Positions 26,101 to 38,225 of a stretch of DNA of 64,000 nucleotides are shown piece by piece. Every line of letters starts with the position of its first letter. The first letter of the stretch is position 1. The stretch is taken from the NCBI RefSeq assembly GCF_006345805.1, contig NC_043004.1:97960001-98024000 (forward strand), in the 5' to 3' direction. Origin of the DNA: Octopus sinensis (lineage: Eukaryota). Below the pieces are notes generated by a model. The model saw nothing but the letters and a program-made list of their open reading frames with translations. It ran no database searches and had not been told where the DNA came from. Position numbers and translations under genes: made by a program.

Positions 26101-26150
26101 TGGGTTCTGATGAAGGGGCAAAAATCCCTGAAATATGGCATATAGACTCA
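26101..26150 (+). ncRNA. Minimal type-I hammerhead ribozyme motif (PLE pLTR-type)
   Basis: TGGGTT-CTGATGA-AGGG(gcaaaaat)CCCT-GAA-ATAT(ggc)ATAT-A-GACTCA. The core is canonical, all three stems pair (stem I includes G-U pairs), and the cleavage triplet is AUA. Confidence 0.65.
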
Positions 26151-26451
26151 ATGTCGATTTTTGTCTTAGATTTCATTGTTTGTTTTACATCTGACATCTC
26201 GATACGAAACGTTTTAGCGAGAAATCAGTATTGGCTATAATTTCTGGAGAAATAACCTTAACAACATAATTAAAAAATATAATAGGATATTTAAACATAG
26301 AATAGCTATCAGGGTCTACTTGGAGAAAATAGGAATCAAAGGGGTTCCTAGGTAAAACAAAAAAATGAAACAAAAAAGGTTGAGAATCAATTTGGTGGCT
26401 GATAGTGTTAGTGTGGTATTTGTGTGGTGTAGAATTGTGTGACATAGCGTA

Positions 26452-26665
26452 CGAGGTCTGATCAATAAGTATCCGGACTGTTGGCATAGTAACAGAGCTA
26501 AAGCACGCAGAGTGAAGCCGCTTCGCACAGATTGACCTTGAACTCTGCTGTGAATGCGCAGTAAGGTTTTGCGTTCGTGGTCAATCCGTCCCAAACAGCT
26601 TTACTCTCAGTGTTTTAGCTTCGTTACAATAGCAACTGTCCGGATACTTATTGATCTGACCACTA
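26452..26665. mobile_element. Mariner-derived MITE (~215 bp)
   Basis: TIRs cgaggtctgatcaataagtatccggac / gtccggatacttattgatctgacc, TA on the left flank, same family as 33186-34051. Confidence 0.8.
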
Positions 26666-26960
26666 AGATGTCGTGGTGTGTAGTGAGACGAAGCACAGTT
26701 TGAGGTGAATAGCGGTAGCGGTGTTGGTAAGAGTCTGTTGTGGTAAGAGGCGAATTGTGATGCACGGCTCGGTGTGGTGGTCAGGTTATATAGTGCGTTG
26801 ACGTTGGTCTGTTAACTGACTGCCAACAGTTTGAGGTTAATCCATTGATGCTTGATCGCTCGGTTGATCCAATGCCAAAACACCCTGAAAATGACAGTCA
26901 TCGAAGTGGTTGTGTAGGGTGGGAGAATCAATAGGAGAAGTGATGGAGAAAGCGGTAGAA

Positions 26961-27175
26961 GGGAGAGGTGGGGGAAAGAGGTAGTAGGGAAATGTGGTGG
27001 GTAGAGGTACTAGGGAATGTTTGGGGACGAGAAGTTGTAGGAAGAAGTGATAAAAAGAGGTAGTAGGGAGAGGTGGGGGAAAGAAGTAGTAAGAAATTGT
27101 GGTGGGTAGAGGTAGTAGGGAATGTTGGGGACGAGAAGTTGTAGGAAGAGGTGATAGAAAGAAGTAGTAGGGAGA
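26961..27175 (+). repeat. Purine-rich 105-bp tandem repeat, 2 copies
   Basis: gggagaggtgggggaaag recurs at 26961 and 27066. Confidence 0.85.
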
Positions 27176-27304
27176 AAGTGTGGTGAGAGTTAGTAGAGGC
27201 AGGTGGTGGAGAGAGGATTGATTATCTCAATATTCTGTCATCAAGCAAGCACCCCAGCCGTGACCACCACAGCCTATCTCTATGTTCTAGGAACCCAAGA
27301 TTAC

Positions 27305-27460
27305 ATTATATATTTCTTTACTACCCACAAGGGGCTAAACACAGAGGGAACAAACAAGGACAGACAAACGGATTAAGTCGATTATATCGACCCCAGTGCG
27401 TATCTGGTACTTAATAATCGACCCAGAAAGGATGAAAGGCAAAGTCGGCCTCGGCGGAAG
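27305..27460 (-). mobile_element. Headless SINE family A
   Basis: Type-1 tail and core only. Confidence 0.8.
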
Positions 27461-27749
27461 TGCAGACAACACTTCGGTATCAGCATATGACGTCATTCAT
27501 TACTGAAGGTGTATGCGAAAGTGTGTTTGACTGTTCAGCTCTGTCAAGCAGATGAAACAATGTCACACATTCATTCATGACATCATAGACATTTACCAAA
27601 ATATTGCCACCAGCACGGTTCTTTTGTTTTTTGTAAGATGGTAAAGTGTGGTCTGAGGAAGATTTGGCTGCTATGTTTAGCATGTTGGTCAATCATATAC
27701 AGAGGTTCGTTCATTGGCTTATGATGGCCGTGTTGTAACGTGTCGTCTT

Positions 27750-28172
27750 GTTAGGGGTTAAGTAGTGGCGGCGGCGGCGACGGTGGTGGTGGTAATGTCC
27801 ATAGTGGTAGGGCTGGTTGTGGTGATGGTGATGCTGATGGTCTTGGTGGTTGGTTTTGTGGTGATAGTTTTGGTGGTTGGTTTTCTTTACTGGTCATGAG
27901 AGCGACATTGTGATGGATAGAGTGACTGAAGAAGTGATGGAGTTGGTGCGAGGATGCTGCCCATCTGAGAACATAACTATAGTGGTGATGATGATGATGA
28001 TGATGATGATGAGGAGGAGGAGGAGGAGGCGGAAGACGACGGCGAAGACGAATAGCGGCAGCGGCATTGGTGGTTGTGGTGGTGATGGTGGTGGTGGTGG
28101 TGGTGGTGGTGGCTGTAGTGGTGGTGGTAATATTGTTAATGCGGACGGCGGTGCTAAAAGTGATAATTACAG

Positions 28173-28206
<34 letters not shown>

Positions 28207-29706
28207 GGTGGTGGTGGTGGTAGTGTTAAAAGTGGTGATACGGCTGGTGACAGTGCTGAGGGTTCATAACAATTGTGATGATTGATTGCTACGGCGAAAA
28301 GGGTACACACGGACACACACAAGCATACACACACACACACACACACACACACAACACACACACACACAACACACTACATATACATGCATAAACACACGCA
28401 TACACATGCAAATACACACACACACACACACACATTTACACCACACGCATAAAATAATCATCAACGAGTCATGCTGAAAGGGAAAAGGAGAGTTCAGAAT
28501 TTGGTTGATCAAACAGCGTGAGGTATTCAGGTAGTGATGACAGCAACGGTGGTGGTAGTAGTAGTAGTAGTAGTATAGTAGTAGTAGTAGTAGTAGTAGC
28601 AGCAGCAGCAACAATAGTAGTAGTGGGATGGTGGTGGTAGTGGTGGTAGAAGTAGATGCATTAGTAGTAGTGGTACTAGTGGTGTTGGTGCTTGCGGTGG
28701 TAGAGGTAGAGGTATTAGTAGTAGTGTTAGTAGTAGTAGTAATAGTAGTTGCAGTAGTGGTAATAGTAGCAATGGTAGTGGTGGTGGCGGTGATGGTGGT
28801 TGTGGTGGTGCTAATAGTAGTAGTAGTAGTAGTAGTAGTAGTAGCAGTAGCAGTGGCGGTGGCGATGGTGGTGGTGGCAATCGTTGTTGAAGTGGTGTTT
28901 GTGGTGTTTGTGGTGGTGTTTGTGGTGTTTGTGGTGGTGGTGGTGGTGTTTGTGGTGGTGGTGGTGGTGGTGTTGATGGTGACGAATGATGGTCGAAGGC
29001 AGCAGTGCTGAGGGAAGTGATGGCGGCGTCGACATCTGCACTGGTGAGGCTAATTACAATGGCGTGTGGTTCGTTCTTGTTGGTGGTGGTGATGGTTAAG
29101 TATTGAAATTCCTGACGATGTTAGCGTGGCGTGGGTGGAAGTGTTACAGAAAAAAGGTATCTGCCGTTGTAATGGTCTGGTGACGGTAGGTTAGTGAGAG
29201 ATATGTGTAACGATGACGGAAGCATTATTGAGTTGGATGTAGTGTGGGATGTAGTGTGGAATGGTGGTGAGGGATGTGTGATGGTTGGACGCTTTGGAAT
29301 AAAAGGATGTCTCAAAGTCAACTGAATAAGCTTGAAGGAATTGGCACGGAATATATTGCAGTGGCTGTTGTGGTGGTGGTTATTGTTGATGCTGTGGTTG
29401 TGGTGGAAGTGGTTGCGGCTAGCTGGCTGTTGTTGGGGCGGTAGTGTCGACTGCTGTTATTGGCATTGTCGTTGTTATTGTTGCTGTTCTTGTTGCGCTG
29501 GTAGTCATAATAGTAATATTATGGTGGTGGTTGTGGTGGTGGTGGTGGTAGTAGTGGTGGTGGTGATGGTGGTGGTGGTGGTGGTGGTGGTGGTGGTGGT
29601 GGTGGTGGTAGTAGTGGATGAGCGCTTGACAATGATGACAGACTTAAGGAATTTTATTATTGTTCAATAATAGAGGTGTGAATAATATGGACGATGGTGA
29701 TGATTG

Positions 29707-29744
<38 letters not shown>

Positions 29745-29785
29745 GTGACGATGATGATGGTGATGATGGTGACGATGATGATGAC

Positions 29786-29817
<32 letters not shown>

Positions 29818-29880
29818 CGATGACGATGAAAATGGCAACAACGACGACAGCGATGATGACGACGACGACGACGATGATCT
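27750..29880. repeat. Extended (GGT/GAT/GTA/CA)n low-complexity block
   Basis: Read directly; accounts for the poly-V/D/M/H ORFs. Confidence 0.9.
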
Positions 29881-30164
29881 AACTGTACTTCACATAGTCG
29901 ATAGATGTTGCTATTAGACTAACCCCCTCCAAAATATACAAATGTTTGTGTATGTGTGTATATAAGGTAAAGAAAAACAGAAGAGAGAGAGAGAGAGGAG
30001 GGAGATAGAGAGAGGAGGGAGAGAGAGAGGAGGGAGAGGGGAGAGGGAGAGAAAGAGAAAGCGAAAGACAGACGTGTGCCATCAGAATACTTATGCGATG
30101 GAACTTAACATTTCATGTGTCAATAAATCTTACACTTACGAACATTTCGTATATTTATCAACGA

Positions 30165-30890
30165 CAACGACAATAATAATAATAATAATAATAATATAAT
30201 AATAATAATAATATAATAATAATAATAATAATAATAAATTCGTTTATTGGCCACAAGGGCAGACAAAAATTAATCAAAGCATAAAGGGACAAAACACAGG
30301 ACGAAAGTTACAAAGGGTTTTGTCCGTTTGCAAAGAACCGTATAATTTCATTTATTTGCTACAAGGGCAAAGAATGAGGGGCCAATACAAAGACGGACAT
30401 AAAGTGTGGGTGTTTGCATGTAATGGAATGTTGAAAACAAATGTAAAGAAAGAAAGAAATTAAGTATACACGGTGTAGACTGAAAAAGAAGGGATTTATG
30501 CAAAGAATACAAAGGTTTTAAAATATATTTTTAAAATGGCCGGAGGAGGATAGAGATATAGCCCTCCTGATACAGGAAGGCTTCAAGGAATAACCGAGGA
30601 ACTCCACTGTCCGGGAATTTCCTGAAACCCTAAGAGCAAGTGTCCTCTCCAGTTCCTTCTTTCCGACTCGCAGGTCTACACTTCTAGAGGTACCATCGAC
30701 TCTTGCTATTTTTGCGGCTTTCACCTATCCGTCTTTCAATAAACTCACTCGAGGACAGCACTTCTCTCTCCAGCCTCAATTTTCTTTTCAAGTGAGAGTT
30801 CTACCAATGAGGGATGTAACTGTCCTTAAGCCTCTCAGCCTTGTCCACCCAACAAACTCTTTTGCCACAGCCACCAGGCAAAGGAAAAAA
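30165..30890 (-). mobile_element. L1/Tx1-like LINE 3' portion with AATAAA and (TAT)n tail
   Basis: Frameshifted CLVAVAKEFVGWTRLRG...LKRKLRLEREVLSSSEFIERR...KAAKIARV, followed by a 3' UTR ending ccaataaacgaa plus (TAT)n. Confidence 0.6.
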
Positions 30891-31700
30891 AAAATCAAAT
30901 GATAAAGACAAACGACTTCAGAAAAAAATGTATATGGAGAGATTGTATCAGTAAAATGTAGTGTCTGTGGGACTTGGAACGAGACCCTGGCACACATTGT
31001 AGCAAAAGTCCCCAAGTTGGTACAGGAAGAATATAAGAAATGAACGTTGTGTTAACAATAAACAACATGAGGACAAATATATCCGTCAATTGTAAATGAT
31101 GTAAATAATATATAAGAAATGAAGGCACGACAAGGTGGTAAAAGTTTTACACTGGAAACTTTGCTAGAAATGGGGATTTGAAACTGGAAACTCATGGTAC
31201 AAACATAGAATCAATAAAGTACTAGAGTCAGAGACATGTAAGATTTTGTGGTAAGTTCCTATTCAAACGGACAAAAATAAATAATAGACTGGACATGGCA
31301 ATTATAGAAAAGGAAAGCGAAGTTGCTTACTAATCGACCGCTCATACCCGTTTGGTTCCAGGATCGTCAATAAAGAGGAAGAAAAATTAAAATAATAGAA
31401 TCCTTGAAAATTTGAAATGTGAAGAATTTGGAGTTTGATTACTATCAAAGGCGTGCCTATAATAATTGGGGGTGGTGGGAATAGTAAGCAAAGATACAGG
31501 CAAATGGTTGAAAGAGATTGGAACGCCCCGTAAAGCTCCTACAAAAAGTTTGTCTGTTGGGTTCAGCAAGGATTATCTGGAGGGTTCTAAACACTTGAAA
31601 GACTACTGGAACTTGTGGATACCTAGGGTTACAAGCAGTAACCCGCTACTCACGTAAATCCTACCAGGAATAAGACCGAACTTGAGCCAAACCAAATAAT
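30890..31700 (+). pseudogene. Decayed R4/Dong LINE C-terminus (zinc knuckle plus RLE)
   Basis: KCSVCGTWNETLAHIV, RHDKVVKVLHWKLC, CKILW, NRLD, LLIDRSYPF, WLKEIG and LLQKVCLLGSARIIWRVLNT*, with stops and frameshifts. Confidence 0.75.
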
Positions 31701-31709
31701 ACCATTGAA

Positions 31710-32095
31710 TGTAGGGGCACTGAAAAGGATAAAAAAGGAATTGAAAATTATTTGAGGATGATCCTTGACTTGCCATTCATGCAAAAAGGGCAAGACATTT
31801 TTTTAATTGGTGTGTCACAAGTATTGCGAAGAGCATTGCCTCAGTGAATTTTCCGTCCATTTCCCCCTTTATGTCCTGTTTTCTTGTTTTCACTGTCTTT
31901 TTCCTATTTAAAAAAAAAAACGTGTTTCTTCTTTCCTTCTTCCTTTCTTTCTTTCTCTTTTTCTATCACATGACTTTATAAATGAACAATCCGTTGTGTT
32001 TTAGTTTAATGGCCTACCAGTGTATACAGTGAGTTTCTTTGCCGTGGGTGTCGGGAAGACACTCGGCAAGAAATAGAAACAAAACTGAAAGAAAA
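31710..32095 (+). mobile_element. Second R4/Dong 3' end (different subfamily)
   Basis: GALKRIKKGIENYLRMILDLPFMQKGQDIFLIGVSQVLRRALPQ*, then a 3' UTR running directly into (TAA)n. Confidence 0.6.
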
Positions 32096-32099
32096 AGAT

Positions 32100-32168
32100 A
32101 AGGATAATAATGATAATAATAATAATAATAATATTAATAATAATAATAATAACGATAATAATAAAAAC

Positions 32169-32211
<43 letters not shown>

Positions 32212-32226
32212 GTAATAATAATAACG

Positions 32227-32257
<31 letters not shown>

Positions 32258-32343
32258 TAATAATAAAAATAAAAATAATAATAATAATAATAATAATAAA
32301 AATAATATAATAATAATAATGATAATATAATAATAATAAAATA

Positions 32344-32404
<61 letters not shown>

Positions 32405-32477
32405 TAACGATAATAATAATAATAATAATAATAATAGTAATAATAATAATAATAATAATATAATAATAATAATAGTA

Positions 32478-32524
<47 letters not shown>

Positions 32525-32560
32525 CACAACAACAACAACAACAACAGCATTAATAATGAT
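32100..32560. repeat. ~460-bp (TAA)n microsatellite
   Basis: Read directly. Confidence 0.95.
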
Positions 32561-33137
32561 AATAAGTTTTTGACACTTCTATATATAGCAATAAGTATGC
32601 GTTATTGTTTGGAAGAATGAGTTGTTTCCAACATCTATTTTCTGTATGATTTAACATGGAATAGATTCATTACAGCTTTGATATTGAAATTAAACGAACA
32701 TATTTAAATACATAAAACCATGCTACATACACACACAAAGTTGATATGTAACGGCAAACTATGACCACACTGGCCCCTCGCACACACGCACACACATACA
32801 CACGCACAGAGACCGAGAAGAAATGTTCATATGTTTTTACATGCGTATTCAGCGAATATCTTGTATATTCTTCAAATTACAGCATAATATGCTCTATGAA
32901 CCGTTTATAAGTATTATTGAACAATCTGTCTTTCTGCTGTATAACAGACTACAATGAGATATATTTCTAAGTAGCCGAAATTATGATCCTGGCTCTATGC
33001 ACTTTTACAATGTGGTGAATGCAATTACAGTTTTATCGTTCATATTCCATTATGAGTTGATGAATTTCTAAGCCATACTCCCACTAATCTCATAAGTTAC
33101 ACCCTTCTAACTGAATAAAGTAAACTCGCCAGCCTTT

Positions 33138-33185
<48 letters not shown>

Positions 33186-33186
<1 letters not shown>

Positions 33187-34051
33187 GAAGTTTGATCAAT
33201 AAGTAACAGGATTGATGCCATAGTAACGCAGAGTAAACCTGCTTGGCAAATATTGACCATGAACTCTGCTGTGCATGCGCACTGTTTTAATGTTCTAGCT
33301 CACTTCCACCGTTTACAACAGTGCTTGGAAGGAAGGTGTATAGAATGCGATCGTCGCGTTGACCATGACAAAGAAAGTTGTCATGGCGATACCTGCTCAG
33401 AGGCCTGCGCAAAGGTGTAGAAAGTGTATGGTGAGGAGTGTATGAGCCGCACACAAGCGTACAAGGGGTTAAGAAGTTTCCAAGATGGCCGAAAAATGTC
33501 GATATTGACGAACGTCCTGGGAGACCCGCAACCAGCAGAACTGAGAAAAATATCGCAGATGTACGTGCAGCTGGGAGGGGAAATCACCAAATCAACATCC
33601 GTGAGTTATTAGAGGATGTGCAGATTAGTTACGGTTCAGTTCCGTCCATTATCAATGAAGATTTGGGTATGGGACACGTGTCTACCAAATTTGTGCCAAA
33701 ACTGCTTTCAGCTGACCAAAGAGACACTCAGGTTTCAGTTGCACATGATCTCATTGATTGTTTTGAGAACGATGAAAAGTTTATGAAAACGTTGCGTAGG
33801 TTTCTGAGGAAGTATCGCCAAGCTTTTTCGCAAAATTTGATGCAAATTCTCTGCTCCGCTTCCTCATGATCAATGCGATGATCACACGCTACAATCGTTC
33901 CTTCCAAGAACAGCGGAAGAGAGGTAGAAAGTTAAACCTTAGTGCACAGGTACAGCAGTATTCAAGGTCAATCTGTGCCGAGCGGTTTCACTCTGCGTGC
34001 TTTAACTTTGTTAATATGGCAACAGTCTTGATACTTATTGATCAGACTACG
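33186..34051 (+). mobile_element. Mariner deletion derivative (N-terminal transposase only)
   Basis: TA-flanked TIRs (cgaagtttgatcaataagta / tacttattgatcagactacg). The fragment VYGEECMSRTQ...DERPGRPATSRTEKNI...INIREL...KFVPKLLS matches the mariner HTH and WVPxxL region; the DDD domain is missing. Confidence 0.85.
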
Positions 34052-34080
34052 TACATACATACTTACATAGATAGATAGAC

Positions 34081-34159
<79 letters not shown>

Positions 34160-34439
34160 CAGGTAGACAGATAAATAGATAGATAAATAGATAGATAGAT
34201 AGATACATACATACATTTCATCATAGGTGTATTAGGCTTTGTACAAACAAATTTTTACAAAAACCAAGAAATACTCCGTTTCACAGTAAAACAGCAAAGC
34301 AAGCTGATATAGATTCTCCATATTCAATTTATTAATGGCAGAGTGAAGATTTGTAAGACAATTAAAAAATTTTCCATCAAGTGTGTGCATATGCATCGGC
34401 AGTTCAACCTACGTACAAACACCGAGAACATTTCTCAAC

Positions 34440-34499
<60 letters not shown>

Positions 34500-34500
<1 letters not shown>

Positions 34501-34730
34501 TGTTGTGTCTGGGGAGAGTCAATAGTCTTGACTCTCTGGTCAAGACTATTGAAAAGGTTGCAAGACGCAACGAAAATTTTAGGAAAATAAAAAGACGAAA
34601 TAAGTGGAAATTTTACCGGCGAGTGTGTTAAGTAATAAGGTACTAAAAGAGAATGACTCTCCCTAGACACAACAGAATATGCTTCAACACACGAACTCAT
34701 ATAAAGAATCTTGCAAACCAAATCCAAAAA
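34500..34730. mobile_element. Foldback/MITE-like element fragment
   Basis: Inverted repeat ctgttgtgtctggggagagtca / tgactctccctagacacaacag, internal hairpin aatagtcttgac-gtcaagactatt, same family as 60375. Confidence 0.7.
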
Positions 34731-35026
34731 CGAAATATATATATATATAGCTATAGATATAGATATGCATGACTGGATGTGAGTGACACACGACAAATAA
34801 ACGCGTTGAACACCCACTGCCGTATGTACACACAAATTATCCGTACTCAATAATTTGCTATGACGTAATACTCTGAAAATGTGGCATCCAAGTAATAAAT
34901 TAGATAACTAGATAATTCTGTAAAGAACTAGATTGCTTAAAAATCATATATATCAATGCAACACGCAATATATAACATATAATAAGGTTAATTTTTCTTT
35001 TAATTTTTAAGAACATCGAGTATATA

Positions 35027-35068
<42 letters not shown>

Positions 35069-35258
35069 CATACTCACACGCACATGCACACACACACACG
35101 CGCGCACACACATGTGTTTTCTAAAATTTTTGCTGCTTCTTGCAGGGTCTTCTATAGTTGTTGACTCTGTTATTGGAACTGCGTTCTTTTTGTTTGTTTG
35201 TGTGTATGTACGTGCATCAGTGTGCATGTGTATACACATATGTTTGTATGCATGCGTG

Positions 35259-35293
<35 letters not shown>

Positions 35294-35614
35294 ACTTTTC
35301 TCTCTATATTACCTATGTACCTATCTATCTACTCATGCATCTGTTTACCCGATACATGTCCTCAGATTGACGCACAAACATTCTAAAATGTTCGTATTGG
35401 AGATTCCAGTGCCAATGCCAAGAGGCATAGCACGTCATTTTCAAATTTCTGCCAGAGTGAATTGCACTGTTATGCTGTTTTCCTCAAAGACGGTGCCCAA
35501 CTGACCCTACTATACAGTGTAGTCGACAAAATCAAAAATAAACAATGCACATGCGTGAAATTAATAATATAAAATGGTGACAGTTTATCCATCACAACCT
35601 ATATGCATGTATGC

Positions 35615-35683
<69 letters not shown>

Positions 35684-35748
35684 ATAGAAATGGTAAGACA
35701 ACAAAGAATGACAGCGACTTCGATATTATGTAAATAGAGGAATTCATC

Positions 35749-35869
35749 TGTAAATGTAATATGTGACAATTATTCGGTAGTCATGATAAAACTCCGAGTT
35801 TCGGGTGTCGGAGCGAAATCTCGAAGTTTTATCATGGCTACCGAATAATTGTCACATATTATATTTACA
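35749..35869. repeat. Hairpin with ~55-bp arms, probably inverted PLE pLTR ends
   Basis: tgtaaatgtaatatgtgacaattattcggtagtcatgataaaact pairs with agttttatcatggctaccgaataattgtcacatattatatttaca. A CGAAAC motif lies on the minus strand. Confidence 0.75.
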
Positions 35870-36932
35870 TATATATCACGTCACGTGATATCACGTGACC
35901 GACCAGACCATCAGATGTTGTTACACATCGCTGGTCACAATGCGTTCGGATTGTTTTAGCCTGTGAATGACGCCACCTCGCTGGCTAAGCGAGCTGGCCA
36001 ATTTACATAAATATATATATATATATAAATACTTTTAAGTGATTTTTAATTATTTTTGTATTAGACTTACTTGGCTATCAATGACATACGAGAAAATTTA
36101 AGTAATATCAGTGAGTAACCTTAGCATTACAATATATATTTACATTTTCCCTTTTTGCTGAGTGTAGCATTTTTGTCTTATTTGTAAACTCAGTCATACA
36201 CGCGCGCATACAAACATACGCATAAACAACCCTAAACATACTCTTACTCAGAATCAAACACACACGTATAACGTGAGTTTGAATTTGACTAGACTTGAAA
36301 CCTGAGCACAAAGATCTATCCAAAGGCTCTAACGAATCAAGTAGATGGATAGACATGATTGCAAACTGTCGGATAGGATGGCTCTGGTATTGGTTTTGGC
36401 TCTGCGCCTTCTCAGTGCCCTCTAGTGTCAGATATATCGAGTCCTACGGAGCGTGGCAAATAAGGCTGATGAGCTTGAGAAGGCTACGAGAAAATTGCTA
36501 AGTAGGTCAGTGGATCGTTCCCCACGATCGTTCTGTTGTTTGCCAACAAACAACAGAATGCCGAAGGGTTGTTTGAAACTATTGTCCAGAAAGGAGAGCT
36601 TGTGTAAGTGTATGTGTGTCTGTGGCTTTCTTTCTCGCTCTCTCTCTCTCTCACTTCTCTCTCTCTCTCTATTTTTCTATTTATCTACCTAACTATCTAT
36701 CGATATTATACACGCACACACACACACATGTATATAGGTAGATAAATGGATATGTACATGTATATCTATCTAAATGTACATTTTAAGGCGGTGCTCCAGC
36801 ATGGTCGTACGCTTGCGATTAAAACAATTATAAGAATAAAGGCAAAGAATAAATGAACACGTACGTTTCCATATAAAAATATTCCTAAATACTCGCGTGC
36901 ACACGTATCACACACATACACAGACACACAAA

Positions 36933-36969
<37 letters not shown>

Positions 36970-37356
36970 TGCATACGTATGAATTCACACGTAAATGTCT
37001 GGAATAGAAAAAAATAACATTAATTTCCGCTTTATTTTCTTTCTTTTTTATACCTATTTACTACACATTCTCTTTTCATATAATATTTATCGATTCGTTT
37101 ATTAGTTCAATTTCCCCATCTAATTGTTTCTGAAATGGACCGAATTACCAGACATCACCTTGCTTTTATGTTTTCGAAGTAACAAAACCTTAAGATTGTA
37201 AACGCATGCGTATTTCAATGAGTATTTGTGTAAGTGAAATGTGTGTGTCAATAATATTCAACAAAAACTCAACCGAGTATACAGTAACTTACCAAACTCG
37301 AAGTAAACGTCTTTGGAAAGTATCAATAAACATTGGTGGCGGTATATATATATATA

Positions 37357-37389
<33 letters not shown>

Positions 37390-37409
37390 ATAAATGTAAG
37401 TATATAGCG

Positions 37410-37830
37410 GCGTAGGAGTGGCTGTGTGGTAAGTAGCTTGCTTACCAACCACATGGTTCCAGTTTCAGTCCCACTGAGTGGAACCTTGGGCAAGTGTCTT
37501 CTACTATTGCCTCGGGCCGACCAAAGACTTGTGTGTGGATTTGGCAGACGGAAACTGAAAGAAGCCCGTCGTATATATGTATATATATATTTATGTATGT
37601 GTGTGTATATGTTTGTGTGTCTGTGTTTGCGCCCCAACATCGTTTGACAACCAATGCTGGTCTGTTTACGTACTTGTCACTTAGCGGTCCAGCAAAAGAG
37701 ACCGAGAGAATAAGTACTAGGCTTACAAGGAATAAGTCATGGGGTCGATTTGCTCGACTAAAGGCGGTACTCCAGCATGGCCACTCTCAAATGACTGAAA
37801 CAAGTAAAATAATAAAAGAATAAAAGAATA
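37410..37830 (+). mobile_element. SINE family B, full length
   Basis: Matches 626-1040. Confidence 0.85.
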
Positions 37831-38079
37831 TATATATGCAACCCAAATAAGAAAATAAACACTTTAACACATCTTTGACGATCAGTTACAAGTGGTTTTG
37901 TACTAAATGTGCTTTCAACGTCAGTTCACGCAAAAGTTCCAAGTGAAAATTTACGTTAATATTTGCAGTTTTAAACATTAGAATGGTGCTATCTCAGACT
38001 AACATCAAAGGGGCGCTCTTACTATATATAATGTAATATAATGTAATATATTATATTATATTATGTTATATTATATTAC

Positions 38080-38110
<31 letters not shown>

Positions 38111-38173
38111 CACACATATATATATATGTATATATCTATATGTATGTATATATGGTATATGTATGTATATATA

Positions 38174-38225
<52 letters not shown>

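Noticed and set aside
27480-27692. 70-aa minus-strand ORF in unique sequence
   Set aside because: No recognisable domain or splice signals; the length is compatible with chance.
35146-35203. Strong plus-strand acceptor (ttcttgcag)
   Set aside because: The only donor lies inside a TG microsatellite; not supported.
36474-36520. CTGATGA followed by a GNRA hairpin (hammerhead-like)
   Set aside because: GAAA does not follow stem II directly and stems I and III do not form.
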